From NCBI GenBank assembly GCA_038523235.1, contig JBCBJQ010000084.1:1-26525 (forward strand): DNA of 26,525 nt, given 5' to 3'. Source of the stretch: Cyanobacteria bacterium J06626_4. Its GTDB lineage: Bacteria > Cyanobacteriota > Cyanobacteriia > Phormidesmidales > Phormidesmidaceae. Position 1 is the first letter of the stretch, and each line of letters opens with the position of its first letter. Shown piece after piece: positions 1 through 10,229 of the stretch. Under the pieces are notes generated by a model. That model worked only from the letters and a program-made list of their open reading frames with translations, was not told where the DNA came from and searched no databases. A program made the position numbers and the translations under genes.

Positions 1-901
1 GGACATTAATGACCACCGGGACATCTTCATCGGTGGTTGCTGTATCTTCAACGGCCACGGGTGCTTCGTTGACGTTGTTGACGGTGACCGCGACATTGCC
101 GGTGGTTTCTGCTTCGCCGTCGCTGACGGTATAGGTGAAGGTATCTTCGCCGCTGAATCCCGTGGTAGGGGTGTAGGTGACAGTGCCGTCTTCATTGATA
201 ACGGCTTCGCCATTGGTGGCGGTGCCGACGGCTGTCACTGTGAGGGTATCGCCATCGGCATCGGTGTCGTTGCTCAACACTGGAACGTCGATGGCGACAT
301 CTTCATCGGTGGTGATGGTGTCATCCACCGCCACGGGCGCTTCGTTGACGTTGTTGACGGTGACCGCGACGGTGCCCGTGGTTTCTGCTTCGCCGTCGCT
401 GACGGTGTAGGTGAAAGAGTCCTCACCGCTGAATCCCGTGGTTGGGGTGTAGGTGACGGTGCCGTCTTCATTGATGACAGCTTCGCCATTGGTGGCGGCA
501 CCCACGGCGGTCACCGTGAGGATATCGGCATCAGCATCGGTGTCGTTGGTTAGGACATTAATGACCACCGGGACATCTTCATCGGTGGTTGCTGTATCTT
601 CAACGGCCACGGGGGCTTCGTTGACGTTATTGACGGTTACGGCCACTGATGCAGTCACTTCCTCCAAGCCATCGCTGATGGTGTAAGTGAAAGAGTCTTC
701 GCCGCTGAATCCAGTGGTTGGGGTGTAGGTAACAGTGCCGTCTTCGTTGATGGTTACTGTTCCGTTGGTGGCGGTGCCGACTGCTGTGACGCTCAAGGCA
801 TCCGCATCCGCATCGGTGTCATTGGTTAATACGCTGATAATTACTGGGACATCTTCATCGGTGGTCGCCGTATCCTGCGTAGCGACGGGGGCTTCATTGA
901 C
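1..901 (-). repeat. 276-bp tandem coding repeats (units 901-626, 625-350, 349-74, partial 73-1)
   Basis: The GTC AAY GAA GCN CCC GTN GCN motif recurs exactly every 276 bp; 1-61 is identical to 553-613. Confidence 0.95.
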
Positions 902-973
902 ATCATCAGTAGCCGTATCCTCGGGAGCTACTGGATTAAGTTCTTCTTCCATTGAATTAAGTTCCTCTTCCAT
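1..973 (-). CDS. Large Ig-like/cadherin-like tandem-repeat surface protein (Big_9/tandem-95 type); 5' part only, runs off the window start
   Basis: Manual translation from ATG at 973, with SD AGGAGAG at 981-987: MEEELNSMEEELNPVAPEDTATDD, then 92-aa repeats VNEAPVAxxDTATTDEDVPVxIxVLxNDTDADxDxLxVTAVGxATNGxxxINEDGTVTYTPTTGFSGEDSFTYTxSDG. Open to position 1. Absent from the ORF track because there is no stop in the window. Confidence 0.93.
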   Translation of the reverse strand, partial: MEEELNSMEEELNPVAPEDTATDDVNEAPVATQDTATTDEDVPVIISVLTNDTDADADALSVTAVGTATNGTVTINEDGTVTYTPTTGFSGEDSFTYTISDGLEEVTASVAVTVNNVNEAPVAVEDTATTDEDVPVVINVLTNDTDADADILTVTAVGAATNGEAVINEDGTVTYTPTTGFSGEDSFTYTVSDGEAETTGTVAVTVNNVNEAPVAVDDTITTDEDVAIDVPVLSNDTDADGDTLTVTAVGTATNGEAVINEDGTVTYTPTTGFSGEDTFTYTVSDGEAETTGNVAVTVNNVNEAPVAVEDTATTDEDVPVVINV

Positions 974-1201
974 TGGGATTCTCTCCTGGATCGTTGGTAG
1001 CTTTTAATGCTTCTTTTCTGATCCCCAATAAGGTCGAAGTATTCATTCTTCGTGCAACAGATTATCGGGGATCACTGGAATCCTTATGACTCGCGGGAAC
1101 TTGATGCTGTTTATGGATGAATCAGTGGTGCCTCTGATTTCGTAACGCCACCAATTGTAGCTACTGAAATACCAAGGTCAAGACTTGATATTTCAGTGGT
1201 T

Positions 1202-1215
1202 GTATCAGTCATTAC
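1202..1215. promoter_or_regulatory. Putative NtcA-type site (GTA-N8-TAC)
   Basis: tGTAtcagtcatTACa, about 230 bp upstream of the repeat-protein start; no canonical -10 box at the usual ~22-nt spacing. Confidence 0.3.
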
Positions 1216-2448
1216 ATTGCCGATAAGCACGGCTAAAACAGGATTTCTTTGTCTAGAAGTTGAAGAACTGGCTACTTAGTATTCTTATCTGTAAAGTTAT
1301 GAATATTACATATAATAAACTCAATGAATCGCCATCAATAAGCAGAGGTTAAGAATCGGTTCTGTTCCCTATAGATCAAGTCTTTCGACGATCGATCAAC
1401 TACCTGGCTCCTCGAATCTTCGTGGCTATTAGCTCTCGAAAATAGTGCGATTCATGAACGATCGCCCAAATATTAGTAGCATTTTAAACCTGAGCTAAGT
1501 GCAAATTTGAAATGATCAAGATCAGCCCGAGTGCAGTGAAATCTAGCAAAAATTCTGTATCAGCTTGGTTGCATATGGAATATGTTGTGGGAGATCTTGC
1601 TTAAAGAGACCTAAAAGTTCCTTAGGATTACTGAATTTTTAGTGATTTTTTTACTGCTTAGTTCGGTAATCTTCCTTCGGATTATCTTGCTGCCGTTATC
1701 GGCTATTGAAAAGTAGGTGGTCAAGAGCTTTTAAGTGTCTGAAGCAATATATCTCGTTGGGTCTCTCGTGATGCAACAAGCCGAATGGGTTGTCGATCAG
1801 GCATTTTTTAAGAGGCTGCTGGAAATATGCTTTTGTTAGGTGCAGATTTTTTGAATTGAATGGCTGCATTGAATATTTTAGGCCTCAAGAATAAGCCCTC
1901 CTGATGTATCACCAGAAAAGGCGATTCAGAACAGTCCAGTTCAGGATTGCCAAGCAGGGGTCTCTCCGCTTAGTCTATTAACTCCTTTGAAGCCTCAACC
2001 TTGAACCCGAGGCATCGTTAATGGCGGGTGTATTTGCGCCGTACTTTTCCGGGCATTAACGAAAGGAGGAAATTTTCACAGACGCTAGATATCGCTGACT
2101 ACCCATGCCGAGCGGAACGCCATCGTGGCTAGCAATTCCTGGGTTTAGTGGTCAGTTGAAAATGGCGGTAGAGCCTGCCCGCCGCGATCGCCACCCGCTA
2201 CGGGGTCAACAGCTGCACAGCACAGGTGGGGCCAGAGGGGGTAGATGACCGGGGAGTGTAGGGCCTTATTCCCAAAGATTCGGACTCCCCAAGAAAACTC
2301 GGAAATGTGGGGGAGCTGAGGCAAGAGCCAGATTGACCGTCTGTTTCAGCGCATCGTCAGCGCATTGGATATATAGGCACCCTGAGCCTACAGAGTCAGC
2401 GAGTGCCCCAGTACAGCTCAGCGGCATCTATCTACAAGCAGCCAGACA

Positions 2449-3924
2449 CTACGACAACACCCACTGCACTAACGTGCGGACGCCGTAGCCAGTGGCACCG
2501 GGGCTATTGTAGGCATTTTCGCGCTCATTCCACACGGGGCCCGCAATGTCGAGATGAGCCCAGGCGGTTTCTTTGACAAACTGCTTGAGAAACAATGCTG
2601 CGGTGATCGCCCCGCCGAGTCGAGGCCCGGTGTTTTTCATGTCTGCCGCGAGGGATTTCATGCCCTCAAAGTACTTTTCTTCGAGGGGCATGCGCCACAA
2701 CTTTTCGCCCGCCAGGTCGGCAGCAGTGGCGATATCCGCAGCGAGCGTGTCATCTGGGCTCCAGAGTCCGGCGATCGAGTCACCGAGGGCGATGATACTG
2801 GCCCCAGTCAGCGTGGCCAGATCGACCATGGCGTCTAGTTCTAACTTTTCGGCAAACACGAGTGCGTCGGCCAGAGTCAGACGGCCCTCAGCATCAGTAT
2901 TGTTGACTTCAATCGTTTTGCCGTTAGAAGCCGTGATGATATCGCCGGGGTGCAAGGCATTCCCGCTAATCATGTTTTCGGCAGCGGCACTAATAAAGTG
3001 AACTTCGACATCAGGTTTGATTTGAGCGATCGCCTTAGCCGCCCCGAGAGTGGCCGCAGCGCCCCCCATATCGAACTTCATCATCTCAATCATGCTGCCA
3101 GCACCCGCTTTGATATTGAGCCCACCCGAGTCAAAGGTGAGACCTTTGCCAATAATGGCCACCTTGCGGCGGGGCGGGGCGGCGGGTTTATAGGTGAGGT
3201 GAATGAATTTAGGCGGCAAATCGGAGGCTTGAGCGACCCCTAAAAAAGCGCCCATGCCTAAGGCTTCGCAGGCCTCGCGATCAAGAATTTCAACCTCTAA
3301 GCTATGGTCTTGAGCAATGGCTGCGGCGGTTTCGGCCAGCATGGCGGGGGTGGCGACGTTGGGGGGCGCGGCGACCAGCTCGCGGGCCAAAATCACGCCG
3401 TCTGCAACTTGTTGGGCACGAGCCAAGGCAGGCGCTTCATCGGGAAAGCCGATCAGTTCAATGCGGTCAAACGTAAAGCTCTTATCGTCACTGTCTGATT
3501 TGAAGCGGTGATCTTCGTGCAGGGCCAGCAGCGCCCCTTCCAAAATGGCCTGGGCTGACAGGGCGCGATCGCTGTTCCACGAGGGGAGGGCCAGCCCCAA
3601 GACCTTGCTCTTTTCCTTTTTGCCCAGCCGGGCGGCTTGGGCGCCGGCTCGTCTCAGGGTTTCGAGGGTGAGAACTTCGGGGTTGCCGAGGCCAATGAGG
3701 GCTAGTTTGCGAAAGGGACCCGTTTTGCCGACTCGAATGATCGCGCTGGAATCAGCTGCTGCCTTAAATTCAGTCTCCTCAATCAGCTCTTGGATCAATC
3801 CCGAAAGCTTGGTATCGAGATCGGCTAAAGTGCCCGACAGTGGTAGATCCGATTCGGTGACGCCGATCGCTAAACAGTCGCCAGTCCAATCGAGCGTAGC
3901 CTGATTTGAGAGATAAAGATCCAT
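2449..3924 (-). CDS. pepA: Leucyl aminopeptidase (M17)
   Basis: [24 protein letters not shown] and HLDIAG motifs; 491 aa. Confidence 0.97.
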   Translation of the reverse strand: MDLYLSNQATLDWTGDCLAIGVTESDLPLSGTLADLDTKLSGLIQELIEETEFKAAADSSAIIRVGKTGPFRKLALIGLGNPEVLTLETLRRAGAQAARLGKKEKSKVLGLALPSWNSDRALSAQAILEGALLALHEDHRFKSDSDDKSFTFDRIELIGFPDEAPALARAQQVADGVILARELVAAPPNVATPAMLAETAAAIAQDHSLEVEILDREACEALGMGAFLGVAQASDLPPKFIHLTYKPAAPPRRKVAIIGKGLTFDSGGLNIKAGAGSMIEMMKFDMGGAAATLGAAKAIAQIKPDVEVHFISAAAENMISGNALHPGDIITASNGKTIEVNNTDAEGRLTLADALVFAEKLELDAMVDLATLTGASIIALGDSIAGLWSPDDTLAADIATAADLAGEKLWRMPLEEKYFEGMKSLAADMKNTGPRLGGAITAALFLKQFVKETAWAHLDIAGPVWNERENAYNSPGATGYGVRTLVQWVLS

Positions 3925-4236
3925 AGGGGCGCGAGCAACTTTTCAGAAGGTTTTACCCTTCTCATTTGATCACAGCTTGTCGGGTTCTGCAATTTTTTGC
4001 TGTTTGTCTGTTTATGTCGCTGTCTGTGACGGCTGAGCAAGCCCCTTCGGGCAGCTGTCTAGGGTATTGGCTGCCCGCGCCGGGACGCTCGGCTCGACCT
4101 GATGGCAACGAGAGCTGACTAACGATGCCCTCCCAGTCAAGAGCGGCTCCAAACAAACCGCTTCACTTTCGCCAGATTTTGCTAGAACTGCAGGAGGAAA
4201 CGCAGCAGCAGCCTGAAATCAGCAAGGGAGACTCAG

Positions 4237-6435
4237 ATGCGGCGACGGCTAGAAAATTGGATGCCTTGGTTAGGGTTGGCCAGCGTGACGGCGCTCGGCT
4301 TGGGGGTGACCGTGGCCTTTGTCGATGCGGCGGGTTGGTTGCCGGGCCGACAGGGCGGCGGCAGCAGTTCCTCTCTCAGTGTCGGCACCGCGCTAGAGGC
4401 CGAGGCCGATTCTTTGGTGCTGGCGCTAGCGCTCAAGTCGCCAGAGCAGCGGGCAGATTCGTTGTCGGCAATCGCCACCCAGTCGCCTTCGGTGGAGCAG
4501 ATGCGGGCCCGCTATTTGCTCGCTACCGATCTGATTGCCCAGGGGCGCAGCGGTCAGGCCGTACCGTTATTGACCACCCTGGCGGAAGAATACTCTGACC
4601 TAGAAGCTCACAGCCGGGTCAAGCTAGGCACCGCGCAGCAGGCCAGCGGTCAGAGCGAGGCCGCTCAAGAAACCTGGCGTACGGTTTTGCAAAAGCATGG
4701 TGAGCAGCCCGCAGCGGGTGAGGCGCTGTTTTATTTGGGACAGCAGCAGCCGGAATATTTAGACCAGCTGCTGCAGCGCTTTCCGGCTCACCCGCGCAGC
4801 GTCGAGGTGGCCTATAAACGGCTGGTCGAAAATCCAGAGCCCCCCGACGAAAAAGGGCTGCTGCTAGTGATGGCCCGTCACGGCATTTACCACTCGGAGG
4901 CGCCTGCTCTCGTCGATCGCCTGGTGCAGGAGTATGGGGCGCAACTCACTGCCGAAGACTGGCGCGATGTCGGGTTTGCCTACTGGGAGCGGCAGGTGTA
5001 TAAGGCGGCTGGCGCGGCCTATGGCCAGGCCCCAGCGACGCCGCAGAGCCTCTATCGCGCCGGGCGCGGGGCCCAGATCGGCAGTCAGCGGGCGGCGGCG
5101 ATCGCCCACTATCGCGCCCTCAATGAGCAGTTTCCCGAAGCGCCCGAAACCGGTTTGGGGCTGATCAAGCTCTCTTACCTGGTCGAAAAAGAGCAGGCTT
5201 TGGAGTTGCTCGATCAGGTGGTGGCGCGGTTTCCTGAACGCGGCGGCGAAGCCTTGCTCGAAAAAGCCCAGATCTTTGACGCCCTCGACAGTCCGGATAC
5301 GGCGACTCAAGTGCGGCAGGTGATCTTGCAGGACTACAGCGACTCAGAGGAAGCGGCTGAACTGCGATCACGCTATGCCAGAAATGCGGCTCAGGCGGGC
5401 AACTGGTCGGGCGCGATGGCGTGGGCCGATCAGGTGATTGAAGAGAACGCTGACCATCCCTTGGCCGCTGAGATGGGCTTTTGGTCGGGCCAGTGGGCGT
5501 TGCGGGCGGGGCAAAATGAGGCGGCGACCCAGCGGTTTGAGCAAGTGATTCGCGATCATGCCGAGTCGTATTTTGCTTGGCGGTCAGCGGTCACTTTGGG
5601 CTGGGATGTGGGCGATTTTCGCACGGTGCGATCGCAGCAGCCCGCGATCGCCTTGCCCGCTCAAAGAACGCCACTGCCCGCCGGATCGACCACCCTGCAA
5701 GAACTGTATTTGCTCGGTCAAGATCGTGATGCCTGGGCTCTGTGGCAGGTGGAATTTGAGACGCTGCAATCTCCTTCGATGACCGAACAGTTTACCGATG
5801 GGGTGCTGCGGGTCGGCGTCGGCGATAACCTCGACGGCATGTTTATGGTGTCAAGTCTCGATTGGCGAGATACGCCCGATGAGCAGCAAATCCACCAAAC
5901 CCTGCAGCAACATCCAGCCTACTGGCAAACGCTTTATCCCTTTCCCTATGCCGATTTGATTACGACTTGGTCAGCCAAGCGCGACCTCAATCCGCTTTTA
6001 GTGACGGCCCTGATTCGGCAAGAATCGCGTTTTGAGCCCCAGATTCGGTCGGTGGTCGGGGCGACCGGTCTGATGCAGGTGATGCCCGACACCGCCGATT
6101 GGATTCAAGACAAAACGGATATCGAAATCACCGCGCTGGATCGGCCAGAAGACAACATTAAGCTGGGCACCTGGTATTTGGACTACACCCATGAGGAATA
6201 TGGCAACCATTCTCTCTATGCGGTCGCTAGCTACAACGCGGGCCCCAGCAATGTGACGGACTGGATCGCGCGTAACAACTACAGCAGCGAAGATGACTTT
6301 GCTGAAAAGATTCCCTTCCCCGAAACTAAGCAATATATTCGGGCCGTGTTTGGGGGCTACTGGAACTATCTGCGTCTCTACAATCCAGAAATTGCCCGTC
6401 AAATTGAGGGTTTGCAGCGCTCTGACCCGTCATGA
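4237..6435 (+). CDS. Soluble lytic murein transglycosylase with TPR-like helical repeats
   Basis: N-terminal hydrophobic anchor, TPR-like middle region, C-terminal SLT motifs IRQESRF, GATGLMQVMP, ASYNAG and ETKQY; upstream AGGGAG. Confidence 0.93.
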   Translation: MRRRLENWMPWLGLASVTALGLGVTVAFVDAAGWLPGRQGGGSSSSLSVGTALEAEADSLVLALALKSPEQRADSLSAIATQSPSVEQMRARYLLATDLIAQGRSGQAVPLLTTLAEEYSDLEAHSRVKLGTAQQASGQSEAAQETWRTVLQKHGEQPAAGEALFYLGQQQPEYLDQLLQRFPAHPRSVEVAYKRLVENPEPPDEKGLLLVMARHGIYHSEAPALVDRLVQEYGAQLTAEDWRDVGFAYWERQVYKAAGAAYGQAPATPQSLYRAGRGAQIGSQRAAAIAHYRALNEQFPEAPETGLGLIKLSYLVEKEQALELLDQVVARFPERGGEALLEKAQIFDALDSPDTATQVRQVILQDYSDSEEAAELRSRYARNAAQAGNWSGAMAWADQVIEENADHPLAAEMGFWSGQWALRAGQNEAATQRFEQVIRDHAESYFAWRSAVTLGWDVGDFRTVRSQQPAIALPAQRTPLPAGSTTLQELYLLGQDRDAWALWQVEFETLQSPSMTEQFTDGVLRVGVGDNLDGMFMVSSLDWRDTPDEQQIHQTLQQHPAYWQTLYPFPYADLITTWSAKRDLNPLLVTALIRQESRFEPQIRSVVGATGLMQVMPDTADWIQDKTDIEITALDRPEDNIKLGTWYLDYTHEEYGNHSLYAVASYNAGPSNVTDWIARNNYSSEDDFAEKIPFPETKQYIRAVFGGYWNYLRLYNPEIARQIEGLQRSDPS

Positions 6436-6523
6436 AGTGACCTTTCCCTTTACAATTAGCTTCTGAGGAAGGTCATCAGTGACTTGTCCATCGCTGTGTT
6501 CTCTGAGTAAGGCAAGGTGCAAC

Positions 6524-7390
6524 GTGAATCCAGCTCAGCAGGAGCAGCTTCTCAATGTCGGTGCTTACCTAAAAGACCTGCGTCAGGAAAAAGGTAAGAC
6601 GGTTGATGAAGTTGCGAATCAAATTTTTATTCGCCCCGCCTTGGTGAAAGCGATCGAAGCGGGTGACTGGGAATCTCTGCCCGAACCAGTGTTCGTACAA
6701 GGGTTTATTCTCCGGTATGCCGACTATCTCGGGTTAAATGGCCGTGAAGTCGCCCAACAGTTTGAACCGACACCGGTGACCGTTTTGCCCACGCCGCAGC
6801 TGGTCACTCAGAACAGTGTTGAGGGAGAGGCCAAGCTAGACGATGAACCCAGCACCAAAGTGGTGACTAAAGCGGAGCCGCTGACGATTAGCCAGCCGCT
6901 GGCCTTGCCGAGGGCTGGCAATAGTCGCTCAATTTGGTTTTTGGGGGCGGCGGCCACAGCCGCCGCGATCGCGCTAGTCGCCTTCCTCACCACGCGCAAC
7001 ACCCCGCAGCGAGCCGATGCCACTGACCCGGTGGAAGAGTCCGCCGAGTCGACAGCGGCGGACAATGTTGACCCTGCTGAAACGACGGCGACGGCTGAGA
7101 GCGAGCCCGTCGCCGCCAACGCTGCCCCGATCACCTTTGATGTGAACCTCGAAGCTGATGCCTGGATGCGGGTCACCGTGGATGGCGAAGAAGTGTATGA
7201 AGGCACGCTCACGGCTGGCACTCGCGAGTCTTGGACGGCGCAAAATGAGTTGCAGGTCACAGCGGGCAACTCGGGCGGTGTTTTGTATTCCTTTAACGGC
7301 AGTGAAGAGAACCCCCTGGGAGCACCGGGCACGGTGAGCAACCTCACCTTGACTCCTGAGACCGATCCGGAAACGTTGCCCAACCCATAG
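6524..7390 (+). CDS. RodZ-like HTH / TM / DUF4115 protein
   Basis: GAYLKDLRQEKG...IEAG...LPEPVFVQGFILRYADYLGL (HTH_25-like), a single TM segment, and a C-terminal AWMRVTVDG...AGNSGGV domain. GTG 6524 preferred over the track start at 6479. Confidence 0.85.
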   Translation: MNPAQQEQLLNVGAYLKDLRQEKGKTVDEVANQIFIRPALVKAIEAGDWESLPEPVFVQGFILRYADYLGLNGREVAQQFEPTPVTVLPTPQLVTQNSVEGEAKLDDEPSTKVVTKAEPLTISQPLALPRAGNSRSIWFLGAAATAAAIALVAFLTTRNTPQRADATDPVEESAESTAADNVDPAETTATAESEPVAANAAPITFDVNLEADAWMRVTVDGEEVYEGTLTAGTRESWTAQNELQVTAGNSGGVLYSFNGSEENPLGAPGTVSNLTLTPETDPETLPNP

Positions 7391-7450
7391 ATAAAAGATG
7401 CCTCTTACAATGAGGACACCTGGTTACCGTGACGCGCTTTTATTTAGGCT

Positions 7451-8230
7451 ATGACCTCATCTCCCAACACCGAAACGCTGCCACCAAAATCGGGCGATCG
7501 CGAACCTGATGATCATCTTGATGAGGCACCGGGCGATGTTGAGATGTCGATTTTTGACCATCTTGAAGAGCTGCGGTTGCGAATTTTTTATTCGTTGATT
7601 GCGGTCATGCTCGGCGTCGTCGGTTGTTTTGTGTTCGTCGAGCGGATTGTGCAACTGTTAGAGGTACCTGCCAAAGGCGCAAAGTTCTTACAGTTGTCAC
7701 CTGGGGAATATTTCTTCGTCTCGCTGAAGGTGGCGGGCTACTGCGGCATCTTAGTGGCGAGCCCCTTCATTCTCTATCAAGTCATTATGTTTGTGTTGCC
7801 GGGGCTGACTCGCCGCGAGCGCCGCGTCATCGGGCCGGTGGTGTTGGGCTCCAGCGGTTTGTTTTTTATCGGTCTCTTTTTTGCCTACATCGCGCTGATT
7901 CCTGCCGCCCTGAACTTTTTCATCAGCTATGGCGAAAATGTGGTCGAGCAGCTATGGTCGATTGATCGCTACTTTGAATTTGTGCTGCTGTTGTTATTCA
8001 GCACGGGGCTGGCGTTTCAGGTGCCGGTCGTGCAGTTTTTGCTGGCCCTGCTGGGCATCGTCAACTCCGAAACCATGCTCAAAGGCTGGCGCTATATCTT
8101 TTTGGGAGCGGCCATTTTGGGCGCAGTGCTGACGCCCTCAACCGATCCGGTGACGCAAAGTCTGTTGGGTGGGGCGGTGCTCTCGTTGTATTTTGGCGGC
8201 ATCGGCCTCGTGCGGCTGTCGGGCCGCTAG
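7451..8230 (+). CDS. tatC: Twin-arginine translocase subunit TatC
   Basis: [22 protein letters not shown] and TPSTDP motifs; about 6 TM segments. Confidence 0.97.
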   Translation: MTSSPNTETLPPKSGDREPDDHLDEAPGDVEMSIFDHLEELRLRIFYSLIAVMLGVVGCFVFVERIVQLLEVPAKGAKFLQLSPGEYFFVSLKVAGYCGILVASPFILYQVIMFVLPGLTRRERRVIGPVVLGSSGLFFIGLFFAYIALIPAALNFFISYGENVVEQLWSIDRYFEFVLLLLFSTGLAFQVPVVQFLLALLGIVNSETMLKGWRYIFLGAAILGAVLTPSTDPVTQSLLGGAVLSLYFGGIGLVRLSGR

Positions 8231-8284
8231 TCGCGGTGGCATGATTGCTAACCCCCACGATCTGTAAGGTTTTCGGACACGTTT

Positions 8285-8902
8285 TCAAACTGGCTTGACG
8301 GCAATGCCCTGGTAAAAATAGCCGCCAACCTTGGGTAAGCCTTTCGCATAGTAGGTTTTGAGACTTTCAATTGGCAGATACGTCTCCACCAGCGGCGCGA
8401 TCGCCCGATTGAGATGACAACCATCGGCGATGCGCTTTTGTACGGGCGTCAGGCGATGTTGCCAGGGCTGTAGTTTGGGGTCATCGCTCAGTCCGTGTTC
8501 AATGAAAGTGAATTTGCCACCTGGTTTGAGAACGCGACGAATTTCCTGCAGGGCCTGATCGAGGTTGGCGATGCTACAGAGCGTCCAAGTGCTGACCACC
8601 CAATCAAAGGTCTCATCGGCGAAGGCGAGCGACTCGCCCCGTAGCGGTTTACTCGTGATGGGTAAAGGCGAGGCATCAATGCGGGGTTGGGCGATCGCCG
8701 CCACGCCAGGATTGGGATCAATCACTGTGAGGGATGACACCGTTTCGGGATAGTGTGCCAGGTTTAAACCCGTACCAAAACCAATCTCCAAGACTTGGCC
8801 AGTGACATCCGCCAGCACCTCTCGCCGGTAGGTTGAGAGCGGTTCTCCCGCCATGCTCCATTCCAGTAAACGTGGAAACACCCAGCGACCATACCACCCC
8901 AT
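8285..8902 (-). CDS. Class I SAM-dependent methyltransferase
   Basis: VLEIGFGTG, FDWVVSTWTLCS, RVLKPGG; ATG 8902 follows a G-rich SD. Confidence 0.9.
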   Translation of the reverse strand: MGWYGRWVFPRLLEWSMAGEPLSTYRREVLADVTGQVLEIGFGTGLNLAHYPETVSSLTVIDPNPGVAAIAQPRIDASPLPITSKPLRGESLAFADETFDWVVSTWTLCSIANLDQALQEIRRVLKPGGKFTFIEHGLSDDPKLQPWQHRLTPVQKRIADGCHLNRAIAPLVETYLPIESLKTYYAKGLPKVGGYFYQGIAVKPV

Positions 8903-9060
8903 AGCGGCTCCCCCTTCGTAAAACCAAGCCTTCAAACTATAACGCTGACTCGCTAGCGGACTGCACCGCTCAAGGTGACACGCCTGAGTTTAAGAACGTT
9001 GTCGCCCCGCGATCGCCGCTAGCTCTAATCCCGATTCTCTGAAACCAAACCACAAATTTA

Positions 9061-9110
9061 GCTCCTCGCTCCCCCGCTCCTCTAGCCCCCCCGCTCCCCA
9101 CTCCCCCACC
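9061..9110. repeat. C-rich short tandem repeat (STRR-like, about 7-8-mer CTCCCCCG variants)
   Basis: gctcctcgctcccccgctcctctagccccccgctccccactcccccacc in the divergent intergenic region. Confidence 0.65.
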
Positions 9111-9242
9111 TTTCTCAGTCACCCCTGCAGTTCAAAACCCATCAACGACAACCGTTGCCGACCCATGCGCCACAGCATTTCCCTGACTGACTGCCAAAAA
9201 TCTGATAGTTTTGTAGTTTCCAAACGGCAGGCAGACAAGCGC

Positions 9243-10169
9243 ATGACAGGGTTAAACGGTCGCGATTTTCTCAGCATCACCGATATTACATCCGCAGAAC
9301 TCGAGTATCTGCTGACGTTGGCCGCCCGACTCAAGGCCGGTGAGCTGACAGCAGATTGCTCCGGCAAAGTGTTGGGCCTGCTGTTTCGCAAATCTTCCAC
9401 CCGGACGCGCGTCAGCTTTTCGTCCGCCATGTGGCGACTGGGGGGGCAGGTGTTAGATCTGAACGTCAGCATGACTCAGGTCAGCCGGGGCGAACCCATT
9501 AAAGACACGGCGAGAGTGCTCGACGGCTATTTGGATGTTCTGGCCGTGCGGACCTATGACCCGGCAGAACTGCAGGAATTTGCTGACTATGCTCAGATGC
9601 CCATCATCAACGCGCTGACCGATTTAGAACATCCCTGTCAGATTCTGGCGGACTTTTTGACGATGCAGGAGGCGTTTGAGGCACCTTTGACTGACCTGAC
9701 GCTGACCTATCTCGGCGATGGCAATAATGTCGCCCATTCCCTCCTGTTGGGCTGTGCGTTAGCGGGCATTAATGTGCGGGTGGCAACTCCGGCGGGCTAT
9801 GAACCGGCAGCCGCCATTGTCGATCAGGCCAAAGCGCTAGCGGGCGATCGCTGTACCGTCACGCTGACCGATGACCCCAAAGCAGCCGCGGCTGGTGCCC
9901 ATGTGCTCTATACCGATGTTTGGGCCAGTATGGGCCAAGAAGATCTGGCGGCAAAACGGATTCCTATCTTTGAACCCTATCAATTGAACGATGCCCTGCT
10001 GGGGGTGGCTGATCCAACCGCGATCGTGCTGCATTGTCTCCCAGCCCATCGCGGCGAAGAGATTACCGAGGCAGCGATCGAAGGCCCCCAATCTCGCGTT
10101 TGGCAAGAGGCCGAAAATCGCATGCATGCGCAGAAAGCCTTGCTGGTTGCCCTCCTCGGTGCAGACTAA
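9243..10169 (+). CDS. argF: Ornithine carbamoyltransferase
   Basis: STRTR, HPCQ, DVWASMGQE, HCLP and EAENR motifs; ATG 9243 preferred. Confidence 0.97.
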   Translation: MTGLNGRDFLSITDITSAELEYLLTLAARLKAGELTADCSGKVLGLLFRKSSTRTRVSFSSAMWRLGGQVLDLNVSMTQVSRGEPIKDTARVLDGYLDVLAVRTYDPAELQEFADYAQMPIINALTDLEHPCQILADFLTMQEAFEAPLTDLTLTYLGDGNNVAHSLLLGCALAGINVRVATPAGYEPAAAIVDQAKALAGDRCTVTLTDDPKAAAAGAHVLYTDVWASMGQEDLAAKRIPIFEPYQLNDALLGVADPTAIVLHCLPAHRGEEITEAAIEGPQSRVWQEAENRMHAQKALLVALLGAD

Positions 10170-10229
10170 AGCGGCATTGAAGTCCAAAGAACTCCTTCCT
10201 AAGGAGGCAACCACCAACCTGGTATCGCC

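Noticed and set aside
177..1007. + strand Ser/Thr/Val-rich ORFs (177, 453, 735) and the minus ORF 274-501
   Set aside because: Antisense or off-frame shadows of the Ig-repeat CDS; they simply repeat its 276-bp period.
1111..1212. 33-aa minus-strand ORF MTDTTTEISSLDLGISVATIGGVTKSEAPLIHP
   Set aside because: No RBS, no recognisable motif, and a length expected by chance.
2554..6402. Numerous overlapping ORFs within pepA and the transglycosylase
   Set aside because: Shadows of well-supported GC-rich genes, with no motifs of their own.
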